Shown: one piece after another, positions 48,063 through 57,604 of the stretch
Position numbering within the stretch: the first letter of the stretch is position 1
How the letters are laid out: every line of letters starts with the position of its first letter
DNA from: an uncultured Acidimicrobiaceae bacterium
GTDB taxonomy: Bacteria > Actinomycetota > Acidimicrobiia > Acidimicrobiales > Palsa-688
Reading direction: 5' to 3'
Length of the DNA stretch: 64,000 nt
Assembly: GCA_963834725.1 (NCBI GenBank)
Contig: CAWICN010000001.1
Coordinates: forward strand, 1,038,831-1,102,830
Position numbers and translations under genes: made by a program
Notes under the pieces: model-generated
Seen by the model: the letters and a program-made list of their open reading frames with translations, nothing else
What the model was told of the DNA's origin: nothing
Databases searched by the model: none

Positions 48063-48797
48063 TCATCGGCGGTAAACGCTGACGGTCATCGGGCTGGTAG
48101 TGGTATAGGGCTGACGTTGCCAACCGTCCCAGCGCTGTTCGAGGCGCAGCCCGGCGAGGCGGCCCATCAGGTCGAGTTCGGGCGGATAGGCGTAGCGCAG
48201 CGACACCGGGTACAGCTGGATGCCCGCTTGGGTTATGTGGATGTGGGCAGAGTCAACTCGTTGGCTGATGGGATCGTGGTGGGTGGCGTCCAGGCGAACC
48301 ATCTCTACGTCGACGCCTATCGCAGAGACCGCGCTGTTGTTCCGGAACCTGGTGAGATCTGGGACGAAGGCTTCGACCACGAACGAGCCACCCGGCGCGA
48401 GATGCGCAGCCACGTTGGCGAAACACTCGATCTGGCGCTCCTGGGTGACCAGGGCGAAGAACGTGTTGAAGACCACGTATATCAGCGAATAGGTACCGTC
48501 GACTCCGACATCGGCGAAGTCACCGATGGCTACAGGGATGTTCTCGCCACCCGGTTTGGCGCGCAGCTGCCCCACCATCGCCTCGGAGATGTCGATCCCC
48601 TCAACCCGAACGCCGCGGGCGGCCAGAGGCAACGCCACCCGACCCGTGCCGATCGCCAGTTCAAGAGCAGGACCGCCCGAAGCAAGATCGGCCAGGAACG
48701 AAGCGGCCTCCTCCGCTCCTGACGCCGGGCAGAACTGATCGTAGACCGCCGCGATGCGATCACCGTAGGTTTCGGGTTGGTATCCCTCCATCGCCAT
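48063..48797 (-). CDS. Class I SAM-dependent methyltransferase
   Basis: 244-aa ORF: ALELAIGTGRVALPLAARGVRVEGIDISEAMV...LAPGGSFVVEAF. Confidence 0.85.
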   Translation of the reverse strand: MAMEGYQPETYGDRIAAVYDQFCPASGAEEAASFLADLASGGPALELAIGTGRVALPLAARGVRVEGIDISEAMVGQLRAKPGGENIPVAIGDFADVGVDGTYSLIYVVFNTFFALVTQERQIECFANVAAHLAPGGSFVVEAFVPDLTRFRNNSAVSAIGVDVEMVRLDATHHDPISQRVDSAHIHITQAGIQLYPVSLRYAYPPELDLMGRLAGLRLEQRWDGWQRQPYTTTSPMTVSVYRR

Positions 48798-48886
48798 ATA
48801 AAACTCGTCGGGTCAGGAGGCATCAACCGATTTAGGATCTGAGCCGGGCACACGTCGAGTTGATTAAGCCTCTGCTGCGCCTGGCG

Positions 48887-49803
48887 TTACCCCTGGGTTT
48901 GGTGATCTCGGATGATTTCGTCGATCACTTGCTCGGGTTCGTATCGCCAGCCGAATCGTTTCGTGGCTTGGGTGGCGTATCTGGGGGTGTTGATGTCGAT
49001 GGCGAGGGTGATGAGAGCTTTCCAAAGGGCCCAGCCGCGACCACGACACCAGGTGGCAGAGTCGAGAGACAGTCCGGAAACGAACTCGGCACGGCTGCGG
49101 TCGTTGAAGAGGGTCCAGGCGATGGTGGTGTCGCATGCGGGGTCGCCTACCGCCGAGCAGCCGAAGTCGATCACCGCGGCGAGCCGGCCGTCCACGACGA
49201 GAAGGTTGGAGCTAGTGATATCTCCGTGGACCCAGACCCGATCGTCGTGACCGGCAGCGGCGAGCGCGCTGTCCCAGACCTCGGCCGCGGCGTCGGTGTC
49301 GATGACCCCAGTCAGGGTGCTCACGGCTTGGCGGGTTTGATCATCCCACAGTTGGAGGGGCCCGCCCCGGTTGAACGAGTGAGCCCCGGCCGCGGGCCAC
49401 CTTCGGTATCGCAGCGATATAGGGCGCCGAGGAATTCGGCCAGCTGGGTAGCGAACCCGGTGAGGTCAGCGATCCGATCGACGGTGGCTGGTTGACCTTC
49501 GAGCCAGCGGTAGATCGACCACGGTCTCGGGAACTCGCTGCTCGGCTGTCCCTTCGCCAACGGTTCGGGTATCGGCAAAGGCAGACGGGCGGCCAGCCGC
49601 GGAAGCCACTCGTGTTCCTTGTCGACCTGGGCCACATACCGGTCGTGGCTGGGGAGACGAATCGACATCGTCGAGCCCAGCCGGAAGGTGGTGTTGTCCC
49701 AGCCGTCCAAATCAACAGGAGTGATGGTCAGGTCAGCCCAGTGCGGGAACTGGGATGCGACCAGCCGAGACACGACCGTGACGGTGATGTCGCCCTTGAG
49801 CAT
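48887..49803 (-). pseudogene. Aminoglycoside phosphotransferase family kinase, frameshift at 49384-49387
   Basis: The N-lobe is in ORF 49321-49803 (...GWDNTTFRLGSTMSIRLPSHDRYVAQVDKEHEWLPRLA...). The catalytic half is in ORF 48887-49324 (VWVHGDITSSNLLVVDGRLAAVIDFGCSAVGDPACD). The linking peptide GAHSFNRGGPLQLWDDQTRQA is readable only after a 1-nt shift in a G/C run. Confidence 0.8.
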
Positions 49804-50441
49804 GAACGGGAACCTCCAGAAACATCGATTCGGGCGATGGCGGGGCGTGGGGGTCGGCAGCGTTTCGGCCGTGCCGTTCGATCCTCAAAACGGCGGTGGC
49901 CATAGGTGCGGGCGGCCGAAACGCGCTGGCCGGAAGACGGGCCGCGACCTGAGCGTGGAATCGGGACGACCATCTCCTGGCATCTGGGCCGCGGCCTGAA
50001 GCCCGAGCGCGCCGCGGAATATGCCGGTACGACCAGATCGGCGGACTTCATGTTGCTGTTGGGACTGAGCAGTCTTCGAAGCAGCCCGGTCGTGATCGCG
50101 AAGGGCGGGTTGGCTACCACCTTGAACTCACGTCGAGGAAGGCGCAGGTCAGCAGCGTCCACTTCAACCACCACGATCGACGAACCGAACCGTTCACGCA
50201 GACGGGCCGCCCGTGCGGGGTGAAGCTCGACCGCAACCACCCGGGCCCCAGCCGCGATCAGGTGAGCGGTGATGGACCCATGACCCGCGCCTACATCTAC
50301 GACCAGGTCACCGGGGTGAACCCCAGCCCTCTCGACCAGTCGATCGGCCCAGGGATCAGTTAGCTCGTGATATCCCCACCGGACCCGCCGATCGGCGGAC
50401 ACGGCGCACCATGACCATTGCCATCGCCACAGTCTGCTCAT
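49733..50441 (-). pseudogene. Erm(37)-like 23S rRNA adenine N6-methyltransferase, frameshift near 50000
   Basis: RWGYHELTDPWADRLVERAGVHPGDLVVDVGAGHGSITAHLIAAGARVVAVELHPARAARLRERF...FKVVANPPFAITTGLLRRLL. The C-terminal segment (GRGPDARRWSSRFHAQVAARLPASAFRPPAPMATAVLRIER) is in a second frame. Confidence 0.7.
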
Positions 50442-50505
50442 CGTCCCCGAGGTCGCACCAGCGAATTACTTCGCAGTACCCCCCAAGGCGTCCGGACATA
50501 TCGAT

Positions 50506-51363
50506 TTGACACCGGATGCCGGGCAGTACGAGCCTGCTTGTGAAGCTTGGCACAAGGAGGTTGGATTGGGAGGTTTCGATTCTGTTGACCCCCGCTACAG
50601 AGACCTCTACGAGCGGGCCGCCCGGGTGCTCGGCGCTGACGTTCGGGTCAGCGCGGTCGAGGTGTCTGGGTCTATCGCACACGAAACCGCGGACGGTTGG
50701 AGCGATCTGGATCTGGCAGTGGCCGCCCGGGCAGGCGACTACGACCAGTTTGTGGCCGACTGGGAGAGCTGGTTGGCCGAGATCACCCCCACCGTGTTCG
50801 CTCGACGGCCGATTGCTCCGTTCATAATAAACAGCGTCACCTGCGACGGTCTCACCCTCGATGTGGCTGTGTACCGGGATACGATCCCGGCAGCGCCGAT
50901 ATCCGCAGCGGGGTATCGGGTCGGAATGCTCGCCACCAGCGCGTTCACGGATCTAGGCGAGGCGTTGAACTACGCCGTCGACGAACAGCTACGAGGGCTG
51001 AGCGGGCCGTTCATCAAGTTGCTGCAAAGAGAAGAGCATCTGTTCCACCTGACCGGAGTCCCTCACATACTCGGCCAACTCACCACCGTGTTCCTGGCCG
51101 AAACCGGCTCCGCCCCTCCGCTCAGACCTTCCAACGACGCCTTCACCCCCGAGCAGTTGGATGCCGTGGCCCAGCTACCGCCAGTGGCCGCCACCCGGCA
51201 AGCCCTGACCGATTTCGGCCTCGGGGTGGCGCGGATGATCGTCACCCGCGGTAGAGCGCTCTTCCCGCGATACGGATTGCGATGGCCGGAAGAGTTCGCC
51301 GCGGTCGCCAACGCTCGCATGCGCGAGCAACTTGGGATCGACTGCTCGGGGTGGCTTTACTGA
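50506..51363 (+). CDS. Nucleotidyltransferase-domain protein (ANT/Lnu-like)
   Basis: 285-aa ORF. The Pol-beta NTase motif is VSGSIAHETADGWSDLDLAVAA. Confidence 0.7.
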   Translation: MTPDAGQYEPACEAWHKEVGLGGFDSVDPRYRDLYERAARVLGADVRVSAVEVSGSIAHETADGWSDLDLAVAARAGDYDQFVADWESWLAEITPTVFARRPIAPFIINSVTCDGLTLDVAVYRDTIPAAPISAAGYRVGMLATSAFTDLGEALNYAVDEQLRGLSGPFIKLLQREEHLFHLTGVPHILGQLTTVFLAETGSAPPLRPSNDAFTPEQLDAVAQLPPVAATRQALTDFGLGVARMIVTRGRALFPRYGLRWPEEFAAVANARMREQLGIDCSGWLY

Positions 51364-51435
51364 AAGCCGGCTTGACGCCCAGACCGTGGCGCTGCTTTCC
51401 GGCCCAGTCCGAGTTGCGCCGCTATCGGGTTGTGT

Positions 51436-52171
51436 TCAGCTGGGTGAAGTGAGGAACCGTTCGACTATCCGATCGGTGTCAGCATCGGCCTGCCTGCGAA
51501 GCCGCGGTGAGACCTTCAGCGGCGATGGAGGGTCGATGTCCAGGAACCCCAACACCCGCCGCACTGTTCCGTCGAGGTCATCGACCATGTCCTCGTAGGT
51601 CACCTCCAGGGGTGTGATCCCCTGAGTGTCGAACCACTCCCCCCCAACCGGCGTCGCTCTGCTCGGCGAGCGCCACCAGCTTGGCTATGGCGTCACGGTC
51701 GTATGGAGGCGGAGCGGCGGGCTGTTCGTGGTCGCCGAGCGCGTACTGATTGGTGGCCGCGGCCCGCCACCAAGACACCCCTTGGCGCACGAAGTCCCGC
51801 CGTCGCAGCCAGACATAGCAGAGACCCGGAAGCAATGCCGCGAGAACTTCGGCGTCCGAACCGGAACCGTTCGTCGAGAGGTTCCGAAGGCGGGAGGTGG
51901 TGTCATCGAGGTAGTTCCACATCATCTTAGAGCCGAACACCCCATTTGGAGTTCGCTGGTTTCGAAGCATGGCGGCAAAGAACTCGGCGTCGCCCGAAAC
52001 CTGCCAGCGATCGGCCCAGAACGGCTCATCCCCCCGATGGAAGTACTCCGCCGGTATCCCGGCCACACCGGTGTCCTGAAGCCCGCGGCACAACACCCAG
52101 CTACCAGTTCGCTGGACGGTGCAGATCAGATAGCAGCGAAGCAGGCTCACGCTCGTCGACCACTGTGACAC
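51436..52171 (-). pseudogene. Stf0-family sulfotransferase, frameshift at a 7-nt G/C run (51639-51645)
   Basis: YLICTVQRTGSWVLCRGLQDTGVAGIPAEYF...CYVWLRRRDFVRQGVSWWRAAATNQY... The conserved tail (EWFDTQGITPLEVTYEDMVDDLDGTVRRVLGFLDI...) is in the shifted frame, ending at TGA 51436-51438. Confidence 0.75.
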
Positions 52172-52181
52172 CGGGCCCGAA

Positions 52182-52796
52182 CTATTTCGCGCTCGCTGGG
52201 CGACCGGCGGCGGTCCGGGCGTGACGCCGTTGGCGGCGCTGGTAGCGCTTCCGGGGCGCCACGAACCGGCCGGCTAGCCCGTCCGCGGCGGCTTGGCGGA
52301 TCAGCGCATCAGGGTCGCCTTGCGCGGCCCGCTCGACCGCTTCCCTGGCCCGGGCGTCCTGTCCGGACAGCCTTAGCAGAAGAGGTATGGCTTTGGTGCG
52401 CATCTCGACGCTGCGATCGTGTTCGAGGACATCGATGAGCCCGGGGACGACGTCGGCGGCGCACAGTGCGGCGGTCTTGCAGGTCTCACAAGCCAGTGAG
52501 TGCAGAGCGGCGTTTCTTACGAAGTCGATAGGGTCGTGCAATGCTTTGGCGAACACGACCATGGACTGATGGTTGGCGTAGTGGTCCAAGAAGAACAGGC
52601 ATCCTCGGCGCATGAACGGGTCGCGATGGCCGAGCGCAGCGGCTTGGATGGCCGCTACCGGCGCTTTGGGAACGAGCCGGGAGCGTTGCTTGGCCGTCCC
52701 GGAGAAGAAACGGTGCAGGAACGCGGCGGCTTCGCCGAGGGCGTCGGCGGAGGAGGGGACCTCCGACGTGCTTGGCGGCGCCGTTTCGATTTCCAT
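52182..52796 (-). CDS. HEAT-repeat domain protein
   Basis: 204-aa ORF with repeated DPxxxVRxxAxxxL units (HDPIDFVRNAALHSLA, HDRSVEMRTKAIPLL, GDPDALIRQAAADGLA). Confidence 0.65.
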   Translation of the reverse strand: MEIETAPPSTSEVPSSADALGEAAAFLHRFFSGTAKQRSRLVPKAPVAAIQAAALGHRDPFMRRGCLFFLDHYANHQSMVVFAKALHDPIDFVRNAALHSLACETCKTAALCAADVVPGLIDVLEHDRSVEMRTKAIPLLLRLSGQDARAREAVERAAQGDPDALIRQAAADGLAGRFVAPRKRYQRRQRRHARTAAGRPASAK

Positions 52797-53201
52797 CTCG
52801 ACGATCTAAGCACCGCCAGCCGATGAGCTCCCAACCCTTTTCAAGGCTCCGTCCGCCCGGTTGGTTCGAAAGATCTGACCGTGGTACCCAGCTCGGGTTG
52901 TAGTCGCGGGCGGCCGCCTGGTGACTACGGGCCTCGGCCAGAGCGTGGTCAAAATGGCTCGCACGGTTTGGATGCCTGAGCGTAGGGTGGCTTTATCCCA
53001 CTGGGCACGAGGTAGGAGGTCTTTGATGATCACCATGGTGGACTCGTCGAGGGTGGCGGTCTCCTCACTTTCACGCCTGTAGCGAGCCGACAAGCGCCTC
53101 GCTAGGGCGGCGACGGCACACCAACGCGGCTGCCGGCCGCTTGTTTGAGCGCGCCTGCGCTCCAGTCCGTTTTCCGCTGTTTTAGCGAGGAGAAATTTCT
53201 C

Positions 53202-53804
53202 ATGTCGTCTTTACGTGCAGGTATCACCGCGGTCGATCCGCGGGCCGGTCTTGACCCGTCTTTCGTCCCGCCCCCCGGAGCAGAGTGCCTGTCGGAGGGC
53301 AAGGCGTACCTACTTGACGGTGTGGTTTACAGCCCGACCGCCCCATGGACACCGTCGGTGCACGCGCCGCTGCGACACCTGGAGGCGGTCGGCTATCGCG
53401 GGTCACCCCGCCTGGTGGGCGACGGGGTCGATACCGAGGGCCGCCAAGTCGTGGGCTACATCGAAGGCGGCCTGGTTCATCCCCACGCTTGGAGCGATGA
53501 CGGGGTCATCGAAGTGGCCTGTTTGCTACGCGAACTGCACGACGCCACCCGCAGCTTGAACGTGGCCTGGGACGGAGCCGATCACGCCTTCCTGCTCGAC
53601 ACCAAGACCCGGCCCGACCATCAGCGCCGAGGCGTAGGCACCGCTGTGGTCAAGGCTGCCGTCGAGCAGGCGAAAGCGGCGGGATGTGAATGGCTGCACG
53701 TCGACTTCACCGGTGATCTTCGCCCCTTCTACCTCGACGCCTGCGGCTTCATCCCTCCCGAAGCGGCCGGCCTGATCAACCTCTACCAGCTGGCGGGCCG
53801 ATGA
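53202..53804 (+). CDS. Chimeric ORF: APH-type kinase N-lobe fused in frame to a GNAT acetyltransferase C-terminal half
   Basis: AGGAG lies 10 nt before ATG 53202. Residues ...YSPTAPWTPSVHAPLRHLEAVGYRGSPRLVG...GYIEGGLV...LLRELHDAT parallel the N-lobe of the 38549-39342 kinase. They are followed by HQRRGVGTAVVKAAVEQAKAAGCEWLHVDFTGDLRPFYLDACGF (GNAT motif A/B). The stop overlaps the next ATG (ATGA at 53801-53804). Confidence 0.6.
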   Translation: MSSLRAGITAVDPRAGLDPSFVPPPGAECLSEGKAYLLDGVVYSPTAPWTPSVHAPLRHLEAVGYRGSPRLVGDGVDTEGRQVVGYIEGGLVHPHAWSDDGVIEVACLLRELHDATRSLNVAWDGADHAFLLDTKTRPDHQRRGVGTAVVKAAVEQAKAAGCEWLHVDFTGDLRPFYLDACGFIPPEAAGLINLYQLAGR

Positions 53805-54751
53805 TGTCCGACCCGCCAAATCACACCACCACGGCCGACGGAGCAGACCGGCTTGAACTCTCCGAAGCCGAAGAATGGATCCGCCAACAGGTAACACCGG
53901 CCAGGCCGATCACGCTGGCGCACCGGCGGCCATGGGCTACCGTCCTTCGGGTTCCCCTCACAGACGGGGTGGCGTGGTTCAAGGCGTGCGGACCGGTACA
54001 GGCTTTCGAGCCCCGCCTGACCGCTGAGCTGTTCTCCCGCTGGCCCGATCTGCTGGCCGAAGTGCTCGCCTACGACGAGGGTCGGGCGTGGCTCCTCTCA
54101 GTCGACTCAGGTACACAGATCTCCGAGCTGGGAAACCCGCCCGAGTTGTGGGAGGAAGTGTTGCCGCTCTACAGCGAGCTGCAACGCAACGAAACCGCTC
54201 ACCGCGACCGTTTCTTAGCCGACGGGGTGCCGGACTTGGGTATGGCGTCATTGACAAACCGCTACCAGCAGCTCCTCGATACTCCCCTGCCGCTACATCG
54301 CGACGAGATCGACCAGCTATGCCGCTTCCAGGACCGCGTCGCCCAGTTATGTGAGGAGCTCCAAGCTCACGGCGTGGCCGATTCCGTGCAGCACGACGAT
54401 CTGCACATGAACAACCTCTACCTCCAAGATGGAAGGCTACGGGTCCTCGACTGGGGGGACTCATCGATATCCCATCCCTTCGCCTCTTTGGTGGTCACCT
54501 TCCGCTTCTTGGAACAGGTTAATCGTCTGCCTCCCACCGATCCCTGGTTCGAACGCCTTCGCGACGCCTACCTCGAACCGTGGGGTCCAGACCTGAAAGA
54601 CACGCTCGACCTGGCCATGCGCGTCGGCGCGTTCGCACACGCAATCGCCTGTGCCCGGCAACGAGAGTTTCTATCTGAGCAGGACCGTAGTGAGTTCGAT
54701 CAGGATTACGGCGTGGTCCTCCGCAGAGCGCTCACCCTTATCAACCTTTGA
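53801..54751 (+). CDS. Phosphotransferase family protein (APH fold)
   Basis: 316-aa ORF: VQHDDLHMNNLYLQDGRLRVLDWGDSSISHPFASL. Confidence 0.8.
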   Translation: MMSDPPNHTTTADGADRLELSEAEEWIRQQVTPARPITLAHRRPWATVLRVPLTDGVAWFKACGPVQAFEPRLTAELFSRWPDLLAEVLAYDEGRAWLLSVDSGTQISELGNPPELWEEVLPLYSELQRNETAHRDRFLADGVPDLGMASLTNRYQQLLDTPLPLHRDEIDQLCRFQDRVAQLCEELQAHGVADSVQHDDLHMNNLYLQDGRLRVLDWGDSSISHPFASLVVTFRFLEQVNRLPPTDPWFERLRDAYLEPWGPDLKDTLDLAMRVGAFAHAIACARQREFLSEQDRSEFDQDYGVVLRRALTLINL

Positions 54752-54824
54752 GGCCGGTGACCATTAGGTTGGAACAGACGCTGTTGGAGATTCAGGCGAG
54801 CAAGGTCCGAAGTCGCTCTCGTGT

Positions 54825-55751
54825 TCACTGCTCGGTGTGAAGATCCGCGTTCAGCTCTCCCCAACTCCCTGCCCTCGGTAGGACCTCGATCGCTCCGGTC
54901 TGGCTGTTGCGGCGGAACAGTAGGCGCGATCGACCGCTGAGCTCCCTCGCCTTGGCTTTGGTGCTGTCGGGCAACGATACGACCGCGCCGGCGGTGAGGT
55001 ACAGCCCGGCTTCGACTATGCAGTCGTCGCCCACTGCGATACCCAGACCGGAGTTCGCGCCCAGCAGACAGCGTTCTCCGATCGACACTCTTTCTGTGCC
55101 TCCACCGGAGAGGGTTCCATCGTCGAAGCTCCTCCACCGATGTCGCTCCCCGCGCCTACCACTACGCCTTGGCTGATCCGCCCTTCGACCATCGCCGAGC
55201 CCAGGGTCCCGGCGTTGAAATTGACGAAGCCCTCGTGCATGACTGTGGTGCCTTCCGCCAGATAGGCGCCCAGGCGGACCCGACGCCCGTCGGCTATGCG
55301 GACTCCGGATGGGACGACGTAGTCGACCATCTTCGGGAATTTGTCCACCGAGTGGACTTCAAAATGGGCGCCTTTGGCGCGAGCCCTCGACCGGACCTCT
55401 GCCAGGTCATCGGGATGGACCGGGCCGATAGAGGTCTAGCAGACATTCGGCAAGGTTGAAGATTCCGTCCAGGTTGAGACAGTTCGGTTTGATCAACCGA
55501 TGCGAAAGTAGCTGCAAACGGAGGTAGGCGTCCCCGACACTGGCTGAGGCATCATCAAGATCGTTTATCGAGATCCGGACCGCCTTGATCTCAACTCCAC
55601 GTAGAGGGTCGGTCCGTTCCAACCCGACGAGCTCAGGATCCATAACCTCGCCGGCGGGTGCGACACCGAGCCGGGGACGAGGGAAGAACACCTCCAGAGG
55701 ATTGCCGCCACGGAGAGTGGCCAGGCAGTCCGCCCAAGCCGGTCGAGTCAC
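54825..55751 (-). pseudogene. dapD: Tetrahydrodipicolinate N-succinyltransferase (DapD), two frameshifts plus an in-frame TAG
   Basis: The pieces are in ORFs 55407-55874 (DAYLRLQLLSHRLIKPNCLNLDGIF), 55016-55348 ([49 protein letters not shown]...GSDIGGGAS) and 54825-55088 ([29 protein letters not shown]...RELSGRSRLLFRRNS). The linker reads [15 protein letters not shown], with TAG 55436-55438 where Trp is conserved. Confidence 0.8.
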
Positions 55752-56010
55752 GACTCGGAGGGTAGCGGTAACTGTGATGCCCGACCGGACTAACGGCCGT
55801 GTCGCCTGCCGGGAGCGGGGATTCGCGCGAGGCGCATGACGATCGGACCCGACCCTGGAGTGTGTGCCGATCACAGTTCGCGCTCGGATGGTCGGCCAAC
55901 CTGGGCTTCTCCAGCTTCAGTCGTCGTTCGGGGGACTGGAGCCTGTGACGGATTCGGGGAGGTGCCGGCCATATAGGGTCAGTGGGATCCGTCCAAACCT
56001 TGAGGAATGG

Positions 56011-56597
56011 GTGAGTCGTGGGGCCCGGGATGATGGCCGGGCTGTGGCCTCGAAGCTCTCAACGCGGCTCACGCTGCCTCGGTGCTGGGGTACGTCCGTC
56101 GTCGGGTAGACCTCGGCGATGTTGAGGACGTTCTCGCCCAGGTATTCGTGGTGGCATGGCGGCGCTTCGATCAGATCCCGTCAGCTCCGCAGGATCGGCT
56201 TTGGCTGTTTGGGGTGGCTCGGCGGATCGTCGCCGATCATCGGCGCTCGACAATCCGCCGCCAGCGACTCCACCATCACCTAGCGAGTCAGGTCCGTGCT
56301 CTCGATGGTCCGTCATCGAGTTTCAGCGAGTTGCACGTCCGTGTCGACTCGGTGTTGGGGGCGCTCAGCCGCGGCGACCAGGAGGTGCTTCGTCTTGTTC
56401 TTTGGGGGGGGTTGAACCACCCGGAGGCCGCTGCGCAGTTGGGCTGCTCGGTCAACGCGGTCGAGTTGCGTTACAGAAGGGCGCGGGCCAGATTCCGAGC
56501 CCTCTTACAAGCATCGCCGACCACAGCTCGGCCGCTCTCCACGACCCCCCGTCGCACCATCCCAGCCGTAGCCGAAAAGAGTCCTCAAGGAGGGTCC
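56011..56597 (+). pseudogene. ECF sigma factor remnant, N-terminally frameshifted and lacking its own stop (reads into gmd)
   Basis: Region 2 is VFVVAWRRFDQIPSAPQDRLWLFGVARRIVADHRRS. Region 4 is LSRGDQEVLRLVLWGGLNHPEAAAQLGCSVNAVELRYRRARARF. A possible N-terminus (GTG 56011) is in another frame. There is no stop before gmd. Confidence 0.5.
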
Positions 56598-57584
56598 ATG
56601 CCCCGCGCTTTGATCACCGGTATAACCGGCCAGGACGGTCGTTACGTAGCCGAGCTGTTGATCGGCAAGGGATACCAGGTGCATGGGGTGATCCGCGGTC
56701 AGAACAACCCCAAGGCGGTGATCGTCCAAGACGAGATCCCCGAAGTCGAGCTGATCAGCGGTGACCTGACCGATCTGTCGTCGTTGATCGCCGCGGTCGA
56801 GCAGGTGCAGCCTGACGAGGTCTACAACCTGGGGGCGGTCAGCTTCGTCAAGCTGTCGTTCAGCCAGCCCGAGCTGACCGCGGACGTGACCGGAACCGGC
56901 GTGCTTCGGATGCTCGAGGCGATCCGCATCGTGGGGGGAGCTAACAACCGGATCCGGTTCTACCAAGCGGCCACTTCGGAGATGTTCGGCCAGGTACGCG
57001 AGAGCCCTCAGCGGGAGACCACCCCGTTCCATCCCCGCTCCCCGTACGGCACCGCCAAGGTGTTCGGCTTCTACACGACCGTAAACTACCGGGAGTCCTA
57101 CGGCATCCACGCCTCCAATGGGATCCTGTTCAACCACACCAGCCCGCGGCGGGGCATCGAGTTCGTCGAGCGCAAGATCACCAACGCGGTAGCCCGCATT
57201 TCGCTCGGCCTTCAGGACATGCTGACCCTGGGCAACATCGACACCTCCAGGGACTTCGGCTACGCCGGCGACTACGTCGAAGCCATGTGGAGGATGCTTC
57301 AGCAAGACCAGCCCGGAGACTACGTCGTTGCTACGGGCCGGACGTGGACCATCCGCCAAGTTCTCGACATGGCCTTCGCGGCGGTAGGCATCGACGACTG
57401 GTCGCCGTATGTCGCCACCGACGACCGCTTTCTTCGTCCGGCCGAGGTCGACCAACTGGTCGGGGACTCCACCCACGCCCGGGAGGCCCTGGGCTGGGAA
57501 CCCAAGACCGAGTTCCCCGAAGTGCTCGAAGAGATGGTCCGCCACGACATCGAAGTTGAACGAGCCCGAGCCAACCTCGCCTAA
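56598..57584 (+). CDS. gmd: GDP-mannose 4,6-dehydratase
   Basis: SD AAGGAGGG precedes ATG 56598. Motifs: MPRALITGITGQDGRYVAELLIGKGYQVHG...YQAATSEMFG...SPYGTAKVFGFYTTVNYRESYG...GILFNHTSPRRG. Confidence 0.9.
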   Translation: MPRALITGITGQDGRYVAELLIGKGYQVHGVIRGQNNPKAVIVQDEIPEVELISGDLTDLSSLIAAVEQVQPDEVYNLGAVSFVKLSFSQPELTADVTGTGVLRMLEAIRIVGGANNRIRFYQAATSEMFGQVRESPQRETTPFHPRSPYGTAKVFGFYTTVNYRESYGIHASNGILFNHTSPRRGIEFVERKITNAVARISLGLQDMLTLGNIDTSRDFGYAGDYVEAMWRMLQQDQPGDYVVATGRTWTIRQVLDMAFAAVGIDDWSPYVATDDRFLRPAEVDQLVGDSTHAREALGWEPKTEFPEVLEEMVRHDIEVERARANLA

Positions 57585-57604
57585 ACCTGCGGGTCGAATA
57601 ACCA

